Shown: one piece after another, positions 24,423 through 24,654 of the stretch
Position numbering within the stretch: position 1 is the stretch's first letter
Layout: every line of letters starts with the position of its first letter
Origin: a virus
Taxonomy: Duplodnaviria; Caudoviricetes
IMG/VR virus record: IMGVR_UViG_3300048576_000047
Location: 1 to 24,654 of that record
Direction: 5' to 3' (one strand)
Length of the DNA: 24,654 nucleotides
The notes under the pieces: generated by a model
Seen by the model: only the letters and a program-made list of their open reading frames with translations
Databases searched by the model: none
What the model was told of the DNA's origin: nothing
Program-made: the position numbers and the translations under genes

Positions 24423-24638
24423 TCATTTATCCCCGAGCAAAGCGTTCAGCGTGTCCCGGAGCGTCCGCAGATAGACCGCTTCCGCCTCGGATGCAGGTTT
24501 CAAACAGCCGTAGCAGGCCACTTTCCGGGTGAATCCCATGTTTTCGAACCCGTTCGCCTGTTTCGTTGCCGGCTGGGTTGATGCACAGCCCGCCAGGATC
24601 AAGACCAGAAATGTGCTGATGAATGCTGCTGTCTTCAT
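24423..24638 (-). CDS. Small lipoprotein, possible outer-membrane spanin component, 71 aa
   Basis: Signal peptide MKTAAFISTFLVLILAG-C with an LAGC lipobox; the spanin role is inferred from position only. Confidence 0.7.
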   Translation of the reverse strand: MKTAAFISTFLVLILAGCASTQPATKQANGFENMGFTRKVACYGCLKPASEAEAVYLRTLRDTLNALLGDK

Positions 24639-24654
24639 TGTTCCACCCTTCGAT

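Larger units (their letters stand above)
15..24638 (-). mobile_element. Prophage or prophage-derived element: lysis, packaging, head and contractile-tail structural operon (extends beyond both window edges)
   Basis: About 28 co-oriented ORFs, many with overlapping stop/start codons (ATGA, GTGA, TAATG), in canonical order terminase-portal-protease-capsid-neck-sheath-tube-TMP-baseplate. No integrase, transposase or att site is in the window. Confidence 0.93.

Noticed and set aside
1-24654. Diversity-generating retroelement, intein, intron, tRNA or rRNA
   Set aside because: No reverse transcriptase, adenine-specific TR/VR pair, intein motifs in the terminase or portal, or recognisable RNA gene by eye; covariance-model scans were not run.

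Overview
The whole window is one minus-strand, tightly coupled virion-morphogenesis operon of a contractile-tailed (myovirus-type) prophage or prophage-derived element, truncated at both ends. In transcription order (right to left) it encodes: a lipoprotein and a holin-like protein; Mu gp25/gp26/gp27-like genes; a lambda-gpA-like large terminase; a portal fused to a Mu gpF-like domain; protease/scaffold, head decoration protein and major capsid; head-tail joining proteins; sheath, T4-gp19-like tube, chaperones and tape measure; and tube initiator, hub, spike, a gp25-LysM fusion and baseplate J. The tail module resembles extracellular contractile injection systems (eCIS), but a complete head and packaging module is attached. 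Unusual features visible by eye are: (i) one ~100-aa domain reused in the head decoration protein, the putative tail terminator and twice, nested, in the sheath; (ii) a hub protein whose segments appear permuted; (iii) two paralogous 27/30-aa membrane peptides before baseplate J, not properly captured by the ORF track; (iv) three families of REP-like palindromic repeats in the intergenic spaces, including an identical 60-bp pair flanking the gp25-LysM gene. All family assignments come from motif recognition and gene order, not database searches.
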